DNA from: Cladosporium halotolerans
Taxonomy: Eukaryota
DNA length: 64,000 nt
Assembly: GCF_011745625.1 (NCBI RefSeq)
Contig: NW_027191454.1
Location: forward strand, 806,001-870,000
Direction of reading: 5' to 3'
Position 1 is the first letter of the stretch. Each line of letters begins with the position of its first letter. The notes under the pieces are model-generated. The model searched no databases. It was not told the origin of the DNA and saw nothing but the letters and a program-made list of their open reading frames with translations. A program made the position numbers and the translations under genes. Positions 49,601 to 61,015 of the stretch are shown in pieces.

Positions 49601-52549
49601 TATATTCATCAGAACGGTCAAAGGCGAGGCTTTGTGTACTACATGTCTCAGCGCGCCGTCAAGTTCATCGTCGACATTCTCGAGGAGCAAAAGAAGAAGG
49701 ATGGCACTTCAACGCCGACGCGTGAAAGGTCGTGGACCACCACGCAAGGGCCCGGATCGCCGGATGTGGATGATGATGTGACTGTACAGGATCGCATTGA
49801 GGAACTGCTCCGTGACGGCCGCAACTTTGTCAACGCTGATGATCCCAGCACCGAGCAAGAACAGCAGAAAGCTAGCACTAATGGCCCGACCGACGAGATC
49901 TCTCACGAATTCACTCCGCTGAACACCTACCATTTCCGCTTGATCGCGCCTCAGATCCAACTGCATAGCGAGAAGAACCCCAAGTCAGCCGTTCTCGTTA
50001 CAGCCAAGGGTATGCAGCTGAAGGTCGTGCAGATCATGGACAAGGACAGAGTCAACGACGAGGTCAGCGGACTGGTACAGCGCCGCTTCACCGCTGCAAT
50101 GGACAGCCTTCAGATGTTCGTTACCAGCACAAAGACGTTCTCCACAGAGTACTTGCGAATGTACTCCGGCAACCGTTACGGAGTCAAAGCTGGCACTTGC
50201 TGGCCACCTTGGGTACCGCTCGAGATCATGTTCGAGTTCCAGGACAATCCGTACGGTTTCAACAGGGTGGTGCATCGAACTTCTGCAAGCCTTCGCTACG
50301 ACAAATACAACACCCTCCGTCTCAAGTACAATGACGACGTATCTGGTGGTGACGCAAAGAACGCGAAAGGCACTGAAGAGACCGAGAATCGTATGGACCA
50401 CGTCTGGGTCGAGTTCCCGCAGTTCATCGCGGTCTGTGACTCCGCGCAGTACTTCGCGTTGTACATCATCGTTATGGATCTTCTGCTCTACAGCGAGCCG
50501 CTGGAGAAGACGCGCAGCGAGCGCCTCGAGAAAATCATGCTCGCTTCCGACTTCAGCGATCTGACGGGCGCGCCAGAGATGGTGCAGATGTTGCAGGGAC
50601 GTATCCGACAGCTGGAGGAGATCAAGATGCAATTCCATGTCCATGAGAAATACCTCGACCGCCAGGGCTGGAAGGACCGCATCAGTCTCGACCATGACTT
50701 GACCAGCTGCGAGGACGAACTGTTCTTCATGATGAAAGCTATCACAACCGCACAGCAACGCCTGGAAGACCGACGTGATCAGGAGAACGCAGTCGGCCTG
50801 CTGCACCTCAACATGTCTGCGAAGGAGATTGCTTGGCATTTGATCCGCGAGAAGGGAGAGTCGCTTATGGAGTTCCAGCTCAAGAATGCGTCTTTCGACC
50901 GCACGGACAACAACGATGGCTCCAATTACAACTGCATGGAAATTGGGCGGATCAATGGCCTGAACTTGCTGCCGGATGCTCTGTACCCTGAGATCATCGG
51001 CCCGTACATTGATCCTCCGCGAGGCTACCATGAGCCTGGAAGCACCAACATGCTCCGCGTCCAATGGCTGATGCTTGACGCCATTGCCGGTATCCCTGTT
51101 GTGGATTACTTCGAAGTCGACTTGGTTCCTTTGAAGCTGCAGCTGGAACGAGATGTCTCCAAGAAATTGTTTGAATACATCTTCCCTGGCGTTGGTGGAA
51201 ATGCATTCGATGGCGCTGGTTTCTCCCCGTTCCTTGTCCGGAACATGCTACCGCCCAAGGAAGAGGACGATGAGGAGTCTGACAGTGGCAACGCTGACAC
51301 TCCCACGATCTCAGAACCTGAACAAATACCCGCGGTAGGCACAAAGGGCACCAACGATGGCACGGGAGCTGGTTCTCTGGAGCGTAGACTTGTACCGACA
51401 CTACATCTGCCTAGGCAACAGAAGCAGAAGCCATCGGACCCCAGGGGGCTCGGGATTTCCAGCAACGGCAGCGGTGGCTCCCACCACAACCTCCACGCTT
51501 TCAGTATCTTCCAGCACTCGGACAAGTCAAAGAGTCAGCTCAACCCGAGATCGGCCGCCTCGCTATCAGCGCTTAACCAAACCAACCTATCGCCGGCCAT
51601 GGCTCGATCGCCTAGCCAGCGGTCGATCAACACAATGCGTAGTGAAACGCAATCCGCAGACACAGAGAAGTCCAAGCGCTTCACAGGCTCACATCGCTCT
51701 AGTGAAGACAAGAAAAGGAGCGACGAGCGCTCAGACGACCTGACGGAAATGATGAATCGTGCATCCAGCTATATGACATTGGCTTTCGTCAAGATCCCTA
51801 GCATGGTACTTTGTCTCAGCTACAAAGGCAAGGGTAACCGCAACATTGAAGACGTGCACGACCTTGTCTTCCGAATGCCAACGCTGGAGTACCGAAACAA
51901 GACATGGTCGAACCTGGACCTCGCACTGCAACTCAAGAAAGATGTCATCAAGGCCTTGATATCTCACGCAGGCGCCATCGTAGGCAACAAGTTCAGCAAC
52001 CATAAGCCGACCAGACAGCAGATCAGCCGCCTCCGCGAGATCGCCAACATGAGCACAGTCCTAAAGGACAGCAGCTCCGGGCAACTCGCTTCCGGCTCCG
52101 GGAGCGTGCACGAGATCGACGAGGACTATCCCGAAGGAAGGCCCTCGACTACTTCTCTGCGTCCGAGCACTCTTGGTAGGAGCGTCTCGTTCAATTCTAC
52201 GCCTTCGCTCTCGGGCTCAGAAATGGAGCGACGGCCTGCCACAAGCGGCGCGCGCACCGAAGGGACTGCTGCGAGCCAGTCTCCACAGCGGCTGTTAGAG
52301 CCATCGGATGTAAGTTGCGCCGAAGCGAATGCTACCCGTGAGTATTAGCTGACTTTGTTCTCACAGGCACACACGCCTCCACGTCCAAGCACATCGAAGT
52401 CTCGGCGCCTGACTGGTTTCAGCCAAAGGTCGCGCCAAGACTCCAACCTCACTGCCATGTCAAACGGTGACGATACGTCTGAGGAGAATAGCAGGAAGAG
52501 TAAGCTTCTGCTTGGCGGGCAGAAGTTGCTGCGGTCGTTGAGGGATTGA
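43691..52549 (+). CDS. FMP27: Fmp27/Hobbit (BLTP2) bridge-like lipid transfer protein
   Basis: ~2.9k aa with an N-terminal TM anchor; GFWDKIRL; FSWWSMF; WPPWVPLE; LDLALQLKKD. One intron, 52310-52366; stop 52547-52549. Confidence 0.95.
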
Positions 52550-52884
52550 TGAATCTTACACACTGGTAGGGTGGAGATGTAGCATTTGCATTCTTTTTAA
52601 GCGATGGGAGGAGTTTGCTTCCGTTTTTTGCTTCTAGCTGCGCAATATACCCATGTCCCGTTCCGGCGGTAGGTCAATGGCATACATGTGTGGAGTGTGT
52701 TTGGAGAACTTGGGGCCTGCATGCTTGGGGAACGAGCAGGGCTGTACATATGGTACTTTCTCTTCGAATACAAAAACATTACTAACACTCTGATGTGCAC
52801 GGGGCCGGAGGTGCTGTGGTTGGGAATAATTTCAGAAGACGCACATCATCTCCGGCACCGTGAAACATTGTCGCGCTAGTCGCC

Positions 52885-53334
52885 CTACTTCCCAAGCTCG
52901 GTAGAACCGTCGACCGGAAGTGGCATCGTATCTCGCAGATTCGCCGGCGGAAACCACGCCTTCACGCCTCTGAAGTACTTCCACTCGTTGACAAGCTTCT
53001 GGATGATGGGTTGCTGATTGTGAGCGTCAAATCCCGCCTTGCCCTTGTACCGCTCGAACATATGGAAGACATCTGTGTCATCTTGATCCTAGCGTGAAGA
53101 GTCAGCAGCTTGCCTAACTTGGAGAAAACGAATAGTTCGTACCCTACAGATGCAATAGTACACCGTGCCAGGCTCGCTCTTAGCAAGGCGAGTGGTCTCT
53201 GCGTAGACAGCTTCGAGGGCATCCCCGTACTCTGGGTAAGCGTGGATGGTGCCGTAGACCACGAAGTCTTCGTCCTCGGGGATGTTCTTGATGTCGACGA
53301 CGAAGCCCTCGGCGTCTCGGGTTGCTGTGACCAT
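52885..53334 (-). CDS. ABM (antibiotic biosynthesis monooxygenase)-type dimeric alpha/beta barrel protein
   Basis: MVTATRD...AKSEPGTVYYCICR|DQDDTDVFHMFERYKGKAGFDAHNQQP...GSTELGK*. The EPG..Y / F..FERY....F..H pattern is typical. One intron. Confidence 0.85.
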
Positions 53335-53724
53335 TTCTGGTTTCAGGGAGGGGCGCGGCGATGGGTGGTTTTGTGAGGGGCTGTGAAATGTGGGATCGGA
53401 AGTGATTACGGTTATTTGGACAAGCACGAGTTTGGGGTTTGGGAGGTGAATAACGTGATGGTACTCAGTATGAGACATATTGTAGGTAGGCAGGAGGAGC
53501 TCGGGAGGAGCCGCGTGGCGCTTTGGATCTTGTGATAGCGAGGATAGATTAGAATAAAAGTATTTTGCAATATTTGTAGTTGATGATGGATCTGGAATTG
53601 TTTGATTTATTATCTGCAACATGTCCGTTAATTTATCAGTTCACAACACAGAAAGAGAAAAAGTGGGAGCACAGTTTGATAAAGCAAATGCGATGCAGTT
53701 ACAAGCAATGACTATCTCAACTAA

Positions 53725-54927
53725 TCAAAATTTCCAGGCATATCTGATCTCGGCTTTAAAAAGATTGTGCCACACAGGAGCATCATTCGATTTGGGCTGG
53801 TGCTTGGATGTAGCTTTCGGCGAAGCGCTGTCCTCGATCGTCGACTTCTTCGTTAAGCCAGTCGGGGCAGTCTCATTCTCGGTAGAAGCCTGTTTACCCT
53901 TTGCAGAACACTCCGCCAGCGCGTAGCCGGCGTTAGATTTCCAGGTAGTGAGCTCATTGCAGTTTGGAATCGGAGCCTCAGCAGCCTCAAGCTCGTCGAT
54001 CGAAGAAGAGAGCTCTTCAAACAAGGACTCAGTGGAGGCTTCGGCTCTCCCAATCTTTTCTTCCATCTTCTCGTACTCACGGTCCCAGGATAATTCACTG
54101 TCAAACTCTGCCTGCTCTTCGGGCGTTAACGTTGGCGACGCCACATTCGGAGTGGCAAGCTGCGTGGAGCATTCGGCGATGGCGGCAAGGAGAGCAGCGT
54201 CCAGCCTATTGCAGAAGTCCGAGACCGTGGTGTCCTGAGGAAAACTAAAAGCGGTGGCCCTGGTACGAGCGTCGTTCATGAACTCATGCATGAGAGGAGA
54301 GCACTCACGGCTTCGTGGCCCTTCGGAAAGTGGCATGGGGTTGATCGCGGTCAGCGGCGAGTTAGGAGCCGTAGACCAAGGGCTGAACTGCGAAGATCCG
54401 ACCAGCGTCGTACCGAGACTCAAAGGGCTCCTTGGAACCAATGGCGTCAGGCAGTAAATGCAGTCTGGAGAATCGCAGAACGGGTAACGAGCAACCTCGG
54501 CTGGAACCTCCGGGCGGTGATAGCTGGTCGGTGACTCGCAGATAGGCTCCGTGAACCAAGGGCTGAACTGCGAACATTCGAATACACTCGTACTGAGACT
54601 CAAGGGGCTTCTTGGAACCTCAGGAGTCAAGCAGTAAATGCAGTCTGGAGAATCGCAGATCGGATATTGGGCGGTCTCGGTTGGAACCTCCGAGGGGAGA
54701 TAGCTGGTCGGAGACTCGCAGAATGGAGCGTCCGTGATCTTCGCGAGAGGCTCTGGCTTCAAGCAGTAATCGCAGGTTGGAGAATCGCAACAGAATGACC
54801 AGTCGTTGACGTCTGCGGGAGACTCGCAAAGCTGACGGTCCAGGATCTTAGCCCGGCGCGTTGGCTTTGGTGAGAGAATCGTGGTCACCTGGTTGACGGC
54901 CACCTTGGAGGCGCTTGCTGAAGCCAT
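53725..54927 (-). CDS. Hypothetical orphan protein with Cys/Ser/Pro-rich tandem repeats and an acidic coiled coil
   Basis: ~400-codon ORF at moderate GC; AAGATGG start context; the repeat unit is 180 bp and frame-preserving, and its Cys residues are conserved despite substitutions. Confidence 0.65.
   Translation of the reverse strand: MASASASKVAVNQVTTILSPKPTRRAKILDRQLCESPADVNDWSFCCDSPTCDYCLKPEPLAKITDAPFCESPTSYLPSEVPTETAQYPICDSPDCIYCLTPEVPRSPLSLSTSVFECSQFSPWFTEPICESPTSYHRPEVPAEVARYPFCDSPDCIYCLTPLVPRSPLSLGTTLVGSSQFSPWSTAPNSPLTAINPMPLSEGPRSRECSPLMHEFMNDARTRATAFSFPQDTTVSDFCNRLDAALLAAIAECSTQLATPNVASPTLTPEEQAEFDSELSWDREYEKMEEKIGRAEASTESLFEELSSSIDELEAAEAPIPNCNELTTWKSNAGYALAECSAKGKQASTENETAPTGLTKKSTIEDSASPKATSKHQPKSNDAPVWHNLFKAEIRYAWKF
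54361..54830 (-). repeat. 180-bp tandem duplication: two full copies plus a shorter diverged unit
   Basis: 54361-54540 aligns without gaps to 54541-54720 (e.g. GCAGTAAATGCAGTCTGGAGAATCGCAGA is in both). A third degenerate unit spans 54721-54830. Confidence 0.95.
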
Positions 54928-55685
54928 CTTTGAAAGTGCAGTCACTTACCTGGTGTTTGCTGATTCACTTCTCGGCCGGCAATCACTTTGTAGACGTTAC
55001 CAGAACGTCTTTCTGTGGTGCAGTGAGCGAGAGGAGAAGTACACTATTCGATACAACAACATGGCATATAAGTTCTCCTCATCGCTTGTCCACACTGACA
55101 AGGCCATTGTGCGAGCCGGTGTTCTTTGTCCGTTTGTGCCGTCGGCTTTGTTTGTGTTGAAAGAAAAAGGGAATGGAACAAAGCATGCATATCTGGAACA
55201 ACTTCGTAGGAAGCAAGTACACTTAGCTCAGCGAGTTTTTGGAAGATAGACGTGATCAATTGGCGGGGTGGAATGATGGAGAGAAACGGCAACACGAGGC
55301 AGATTGGAACATCTTCGTGTCGTGCTCCTGCTTGGTATTTGGAGTCGAAAGAAAAGCATTCCTCTTTGTTGTTGAATTTCGCAGTCAGCCTTGATGAAGG
55401 ACAATCTTATACCATAATCTGAGATGACTTGATAGGACGTGCATGCACTGTAGCTCGGACGAGTGGATGCACTCATGGAGAGATGGCAACTCGGCTGGGA
55501 AAGCTGAAGTCGCGATCTGTCCCCCACACAGAAAGCACGCACCTCCTCACGCGAACACCCTCATGAACATCACAACCACCCTTGAAGTAATTGCATCACA
55601 ATACCAATCACCAGTGGAGTGATACGCGCCTCCCGACAGCCTTCCTGCATATGGAAAAACCACGCAGTGAGCGCTGAACGCAGTC

Positions 55686-56525
55686 ATGAACTACCTCACC
55701 TTGGCGCAAATTCCGCTCCTGGTCATTGGCCTATGGCTGTTCACAGCTTATATGACAACAACCTTTCCAACTCTGCGCGGCCAGCGGATATGTCTTCTGA
55801 TCGCTCATCCTGACGATGAAGCAATGTTCTTCTCTCCGACATTGCTCGCCCTTTCGCGCCCGGAATTGCAAAACAGGATCTTCATCCTGTGCCTCAGCAG
55901 CGGCGATGCCGATGGCCTCGGACACATCCGCAAGAAGGAACTCACCAAATCCGCGCTCCTACTAGGCGTCACGTCCGCGGAACACGTTGTGGTCATCGAG
56001 GATGAGCGCTTCCCAGACTCAATGACCAAGCTCTGGGAGGCGAAAGACGTGTCCCAAATCCTGCAGCATTACTTCGCACCAAACATGAAGACCATGTCTG
56101 CGGATGCCGCGCCTCAGGCAAGGATTGACGCCATAATAACTTTTGACGAGCAAGGCGTCAGCAGTCATCCCAACCACATCTCCCTCTTCCACGGAGCCAC
56201 GACCTTCCTTCGGAGCCTTATGCAGCGACACTCGGGTTGGGACAATCCGATTAAGTTGTACACGCTGACGACAACAAACGTTGCGCGGAAGTACAGCAGC
56301 ATTATCGATGCTATGATCACGGTCATCATGAGCTTGTTTAAAAAGAAGAGGACGGGAAATTTCCCGTCGCCGATGCTTGCCGTCAGTGGCGTGGGCGGGC
56401 TCAGGAAGGCGCAAGCAGCGATGACGAATGCGCACCAGAGTCAGATGAGATGGTTTCGCTGGGGTTGGATTGGAATTAGCCGCTACATGGTGGTCAATGA
56501 TTTGGTTAAAGCCAAGGGCCTGTAG
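55686..56525 (+). CDS. GPI12: N-acetylglucosaminyl-phosphatidylinositol de-N-acetylase (PIG-L)
   Basis: N-terminal TM; LLIAHPDDEAMFFSP; ITFDEQGVSSHPNH; AHQSQMRWFR; SRYMVVNDL. Confidence 0.96.
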   Translation: MNYLTLAQIPLLVIGLWLFTAYMTTTFPTLRGQRICLLIAHPDDEAMFFSPTLLALSRPELQNRIFILCLSSGDADGLGHIRKKELTKSALLLGVTSAEHVVVIEDERFPDSMTKLWEAKDVSQILQHYFAPNMKTMSADAAPQARIDAIITFDEQGVSSHPNHISLFHGATTFLRSLMQRHSGWDNPIKLYTLTTTNVARKYSSIIDAMITVIMSLFKKKRTGNFPSPMLAVSGVGGLRKAQAAMTNAHQSQMRWFRWGWIGISRYMVVNDLVKAKGL

Positions 56526-57039
56526 TTAAGCTAGAAAGAAAGTTCGTAATAACATTGATTCAATTATCGTCGACATACGACTGGGTGTTTTGTAATATAA
56601 GTGCATGTGCTGGGTGCGGTTAAGGAGATTGGCCACTTCAACATTCCCCGAGGTCCAATACTCTATGAATGAGTGACGGAGACTTTTCGTCGTTTGCGTG
56701 ACATGTCAAAAGGACTGGGTTGCTTTGCGACATGAGCAATGGAAGGTTTCCTCGTGCGGATGAGGCTTTGTCTCCGAGGCTTGTCTCTGCTTTCCCCACT
56801 TCACCGGACACTTTCTGGGAAGACAACCCGACGGGAAAAAGAGAAGCAACCATATATTAAGTGATCTACGCCCTCAAAAAGAAATATCAAGCTTAACTAT
56901 CAGATCGAACTTCCTCATATCCGGTGCCAGTCTTCTACTCAACGGCAGAGTGCCTAGCCTCATTTAAAACGCCACCAGCTTCACCTACACCAGTACATCA
57001 GGGCCACCAATACCACGAAAGGCCCACAAACCCACCAGA

Positions 57040-57920
57040 ATGAGCGTCTTCACAGAAGCTAACCGCAAAGCCTTCGAGTAAAAGTCACCCTTCCCCACCA
57101 ACCTTACCCATCAACTAATCACCCCCACAGCGACCTCGCCTCCTCCTACGACTCCAAGCCCTGGCAAATCACCCTCTCAAACCAAGTCGCCTCCGCGCTC
57201 CGCGCCCGCAAACCCCAGCTCGGCCTCAGAGCCACCGCCGAACCCGCCCACGTCCGCCTGCTAGACTACGCCAGCGGCACGGGCGCCGTGACGCGCGCGC
57301 TGGGCGAGTCCGTCTCCTGCGTGCGCGCGATCGACATCAGCGCCAACATGGTGGCGCGGTACAACGCCGCGGCGCGCGAGGCGGGCGTGTCGGAGGAGCA
57401 GGCGTTCGCTGTTGAGGGTGACCTTTTTGCGGCCGAAGTGGCGGAGGCGCTGACGGCGCCGCAGTGGTATAATTTCGACGTGGCTGTTGTGGCGCTCGGG
57501 TTCCACCACTTTGAGGATCCGGCGCTGGCGGTGAAGAGGCTGGCGGAGCGGCTTGTGGCGGCGACGGGGGTGTTGGCCGTTGTGGATTTTCTACCGTTTG
57601 AGCATGAGCCTGGCGCGCAGATGCAGGAGACGATTAGGCAGCATGGGTTTACGTCTGCGGGGCTGGAGAGGGTGTTCAAGGCGGGTGGGTTGGAGGATTT
57701 TAAATTTGAGGTGCTGAGCGAACCGGCGGTGTTGGAGGATCGGGAGGGGAGGAAGAAGGAGAGGAGAGTTTTCATTGCGACGGGCAGGAAGGCGCCGACG
57801 GTTTGGGGGAAGTTGGCGGGATGGGTGGGGGGTTTGCAGGATGGGGTTGGTGGGCAGATGGCGATGCGGCCTGATCAGAGTGGTGGGGGAATGTTTATGC
57901 CGAGGAAGGATGCGTCGTGA
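57040..57920 (+). CDS. Class I SAM-dependent methyltransferase
   Basis: MSVFTEANRKAF, intron 57078-57130, then DDLASSYD...motif I LLDYASGTG, AIDISANMV, LGFHHF, LAVVDF, HGF. Confidence 0.9.
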
Positions 57921-58126
57921 AGAAGAGAAGGGCGTGTGCAATGCGGATTCATGTCTTAAGGAGTTTCATATTTGGTTTCTCTTGCATTTAATAGTGTATC
58001 TCACAGAAGCCCTAGAAATGTAGGGCATTCTCAATCTACCTCGAGCTAGCAGACCGCCTGGAACGGTCATCTCTCATGCCCCATGAAGCCGCAAGACCGG
58101 TATCATCTCATCATCACAGCATCCCA

Positions 58127-59785
58127 TCACGACCCAAAAGCATGCTCCTCATCCCCCAAGACCCTCCCCTCAATCCTCCCCCCATATGTCCCGCCGTCCA
58201 AAATCCACCCCTCATTATCATCCTCATCCATCTGCACCCGCCTCCACGTACTCGCCTTCTCCCTCTCCGCGCCCTTGCCCTTCCGATCCTCCCTCGCCCG
58301 CGGCCTAACCATCGTGCCGACCAGCGGATTCCTCGCGAACGCCCCTCCATCCTTGCCCTCTCCACCTTCCCGCACCGGCTCAACCGGCTCCGCCTCACCC
58401 TCTTCCTCCTCAGACTCGAACTCCGGCTTCTCCACCTCCGCCATCCGCCTCACGATCTTCCCGCCCTTCAAATCAATGCTCGCGACCATCTGCCTCTTCT
58501 CGTACGCCGGCGCCGCCGCCCACTCCATCTCGCGCAGCGCGCGCTGCTGCTTTTTCAGCTGCGCGGCGCGCTCCGCGGGGCTGGCCCAGGGGTTCGTGCC
58601 GGAGGCCGGGATGTCGTAGTCGGCGGCCTCGTCGTGGACGCGCGTGCGGCGGGCGTTGGAGGCCTGGAAGGCGAGGAGCTTGTCGCGGTGCGCGGTGGCC
58701 TGGTCTTTGGCGTCCGCTTCGAGGGGCGAGGGAGAGGAGGGCTTGGACTGCGAGGAGGAGAGGAACTCGCGGCCGGTGAAGGCGCGGGGTTTACCGGAGG
58801 CGACGTCGGCTTTCTTCTGCGAGGCGTTGTTGGCGCGCATGCGGGCTTCGCCGCGCTCGTCTTTGAGGACGCGGAGCGTGGTGGCGATGTCGTCGGCGGA
58901 GAGCAAGGGGGTGTTGCAGGAGGTGCAGGGGCCGAGGCCTTGTTTGAGGCAGATGACTTTTCCGCAGGAGAGGCAGTTGGGGGCGATGGTGAGGAGCGGG
59001 TGGCGGGTCGCCATGCAGTTGCAGGCGCGGGCTTTGCGGTCGGCGGGCGAGTCGGAGGCGAGGGAGGGGTTGGTTTGGATTTCGAGGGAGCGGATGGCGG
59101 AGTCGAGGTCGGTGAGGGCGGTCGAGGCGCCGTGCATGGCGGTGCCGCCGGAGATGGTCACTTTTGTTTTCGGCGCTGGGCTGTTAGTCCTGGAGGAGGC
59201 ATTGGAGCCCTTCTTCGGCGCCGGAGCCAGAGCATCTGAGATGAGCTGCCCAGCAGCCGACGGCGGCGGTTTGGGAGCCGCGCTCGTCGTGGGCGCCGCA
59301 GTGTCCGTGATGAGAGGCATCTGCGTCGCATCAGGCTTCTCCCTCAGGGCGAGGTTGTCCGCGACCTGCTGCTTGTGGCTCTGCCGAGGCCTGTTGTACT
59401 CCTCCGCCTCCGCGCGCTTGCGATATCCTCCGCCAACATTCCCATGGTCCTCCACCTGCCTCGGCGGCAGGGCGTGGATGTTCGCTTTGGGCTTCTTCTT
59501 CCTCGCCTGCTGTCTCGGCACCTCTGATCCCGAAGCTGGCGACGCCGTCCGCGGAGTCGCATTCTTCGACGCAGCCTCGTCCGGCGCCTTTCCTCTTCTC
59601 TGGTTGAACGCGGTGACAAATTCCAGCGCCTTGGGCCCGTCGCCTAATAAGTCTCCGAAATGCCGTGCGGCAGCGTCTTTGGGCAGAGTGTCTGCGTACG
59701 CGACGACTTGCTTCAAGCTGTCTTCATCCAGCGGCAGCAGTTGCTGCAGACGGGGAACGGCCCAGGATTCCAGCGAGGCGGCCAT
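58127..59785 (-). CDS. RQT4: C2HC5 zinc-finger protein, Rqt4/ASC-1 (TRIP4) family
   Basis: CNCMATRHPL...NCLSCGKVIC...GPCTSC; HRDKLLAFQ...RTRVHDEAADY; SIDLKGGK. ATG at 59785 in GCCATGG context. Confidence 0.88.
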   Translation of the reverse strand: MAASLESWAVPRLQQLLPLDEDSLKQVVAYADTLPKDAAARHFGDLLGDGPKALEFVTAFNQRRGKAPDEAASKNATPRTASPASGSEVPRQQARKKKPKANIHALPPRQVEDHGNVGGGYRKRAEAEEYNRPRQSHKQQVADNLALREKPDATQMPLITDTAAPTTSAAPKPPPSAAGQLISDALAPAPKKGSNASSRTNSPAPKTKVTISGGTAMHGASTALTDLDSAIRSLEIQTNPSLASDSPADRKARACNCMATRHPLLTIAPNCLSCGKVICLKQGLGPCTSCNTPLLSADDIATTLRVLKDERGEARMRANNASQKKADVASGKPRAFTGREFLSSSQSKPSSPSPLEADAKDQATAHRDKLLAFQASNARRTRVHDEAADYDIPASGTNPWASPAERAAQLKKQQRALREMEWAAAPAYEKRQMVASIDLKGGKIVRRMAEVEKPEFESEEEEGEAEPVEPVREGGEGKDGGAFARNPLVGTMVRPRAREDRKGKGAEREKASTWRRVQMDEDDNEGWILDGGTYGGRIEGRVLGDEEHAFGS

Positions 59786-60206
59786 GGCGGGCGTGAGACG
59801 ACTCGCTGTTTTGTTTTCCGCCAGCACAAGAGAAGTCGTCTGCGTGGATGCCGTGAGTCGCGCCCAGTCCTATTCTTGTTCAATTCGCAAGTCCAGACGT
59901 GTGACGTCCACGAGTGATGACGCCCGCTCGCTCGCTGCGTGGGAAGTCGCACGCTTTAGTATGCGACTCTCTCTCTCTTCCCCTTTTTCTCTAACGAAAT
60001 CAAAAATTTCTTTTGTCTTCGCCAGCGTGAATCCCTTTGTCCAAATGCCAGCACAAAGCCCAGGAAAACTCCGCGAAAAGAGAATGTATGAAGCTGTGTA
60101 CCAGGTATAATCAAACAAACCCCCCCAAACCGCCCAAATTCCAAAGTCGTCATACCCACCCACCCGCACCCCCCATCACTCATCACTCATCACTCCCACG
60201 CCCGCT

Positions 60207-60244
60207 TTCCCTTCCCTTCCCTTCCTCCCTTCCCTTCCCTTCCC
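60207..60244. repeat. (TTCCC)n tract; G-rich on the minus strand
   Basis: TTCCCTTCCCTTCCCTTCCTCCCTTCCCTTCCCTTCCC. Confidence 0.8.
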
Positions 60245-61015
60245 GCCCGCGCTGGCAGCTGGCAGCGCCCACACCTGCGCTTCGGGCGCGAAGGGCCGCA
60301 ACCGGCAGCTTCTGGAAAAAGAACCCCAACGGGATCGGGAGCAACGGGAAGAAATTCCCAAGACAGAGGAATCGGGGGCCGCGGATGGGGGGGACGGACC
60401 GAAGCCTCAATTCGGAGGGTTGCGACCTTAAACTGACGTCGCTTGGACGTGGGCTTTATGTACCTGTAGAGGCTCGAGGGCGGGCTGGCTGGGCGTTGTC
60501 GCGGACAGTCGCGGGTAGCAATTGATAGGGAATACTTTACGGAGTGGAGAGAGCAGGTGGGAGGGCGTTCGCGGGACGGAGTCGCATTTGGTATCGCATA
60601 CATCGTACAGGTTTCTGTAAGAGAAAAAAAAAGAACCAACCAAACAAGGGGAAAGGATAATGGCAAGAATAGAGAAGAAAAAAAAAAGCAGCACAATCTT
60701 TCTCCGATTCGAGACGCTCCTCGGTCTTTTCAAACCCCGTTGTTTGTGTTGTTGATGAATGCAGTCTCGCTTGCTCGCGCGAGTCGCTCTTCATTGCCTC
60801 GATTGCTCTAAGCGCGGAAGGCGACGAGTGACAAGGCGCTTGGTTGTAAAAACCCAGGGAATTATAAGAAAGGACAGCAAAAAGCAATAAAGCCACCGAG
60901 AAAAAAGAGCATCAACGCCTTGCAAAAGGAATTAAGCAGGACCCTCCCGATGCCTCAGCAAGCAAGCACACCCAAGAACGCCGCGTCACAATTGGTTTTG
61001 GTCGAGAGAACAGCT

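Noticed and set aside
53335..53622. 96-aa N-terminal extension of the ABM protein in the ORF track
   Set aside because: Reads like promoter/UTR sequence. The ATG at 53334 has a good context and gives a normal-sized ABM protein.
13935..59785. Ubiquitin/cell-cycle super-cluster (APC13, F-box-like pair, POL3, CSN5, RQT4)
   Set aside because: The genes are spread over 45 kb among unrelated genes; such functions are common enough to co-occur by chance.
58076..60110. Plus-strand 387 and 488 aa ORFs
   Set aside because: Antisense shadows of the GC-rich RQT4 coding sequence. The same applies to shadows over POL3, CSN5, phosducin and the transporters.
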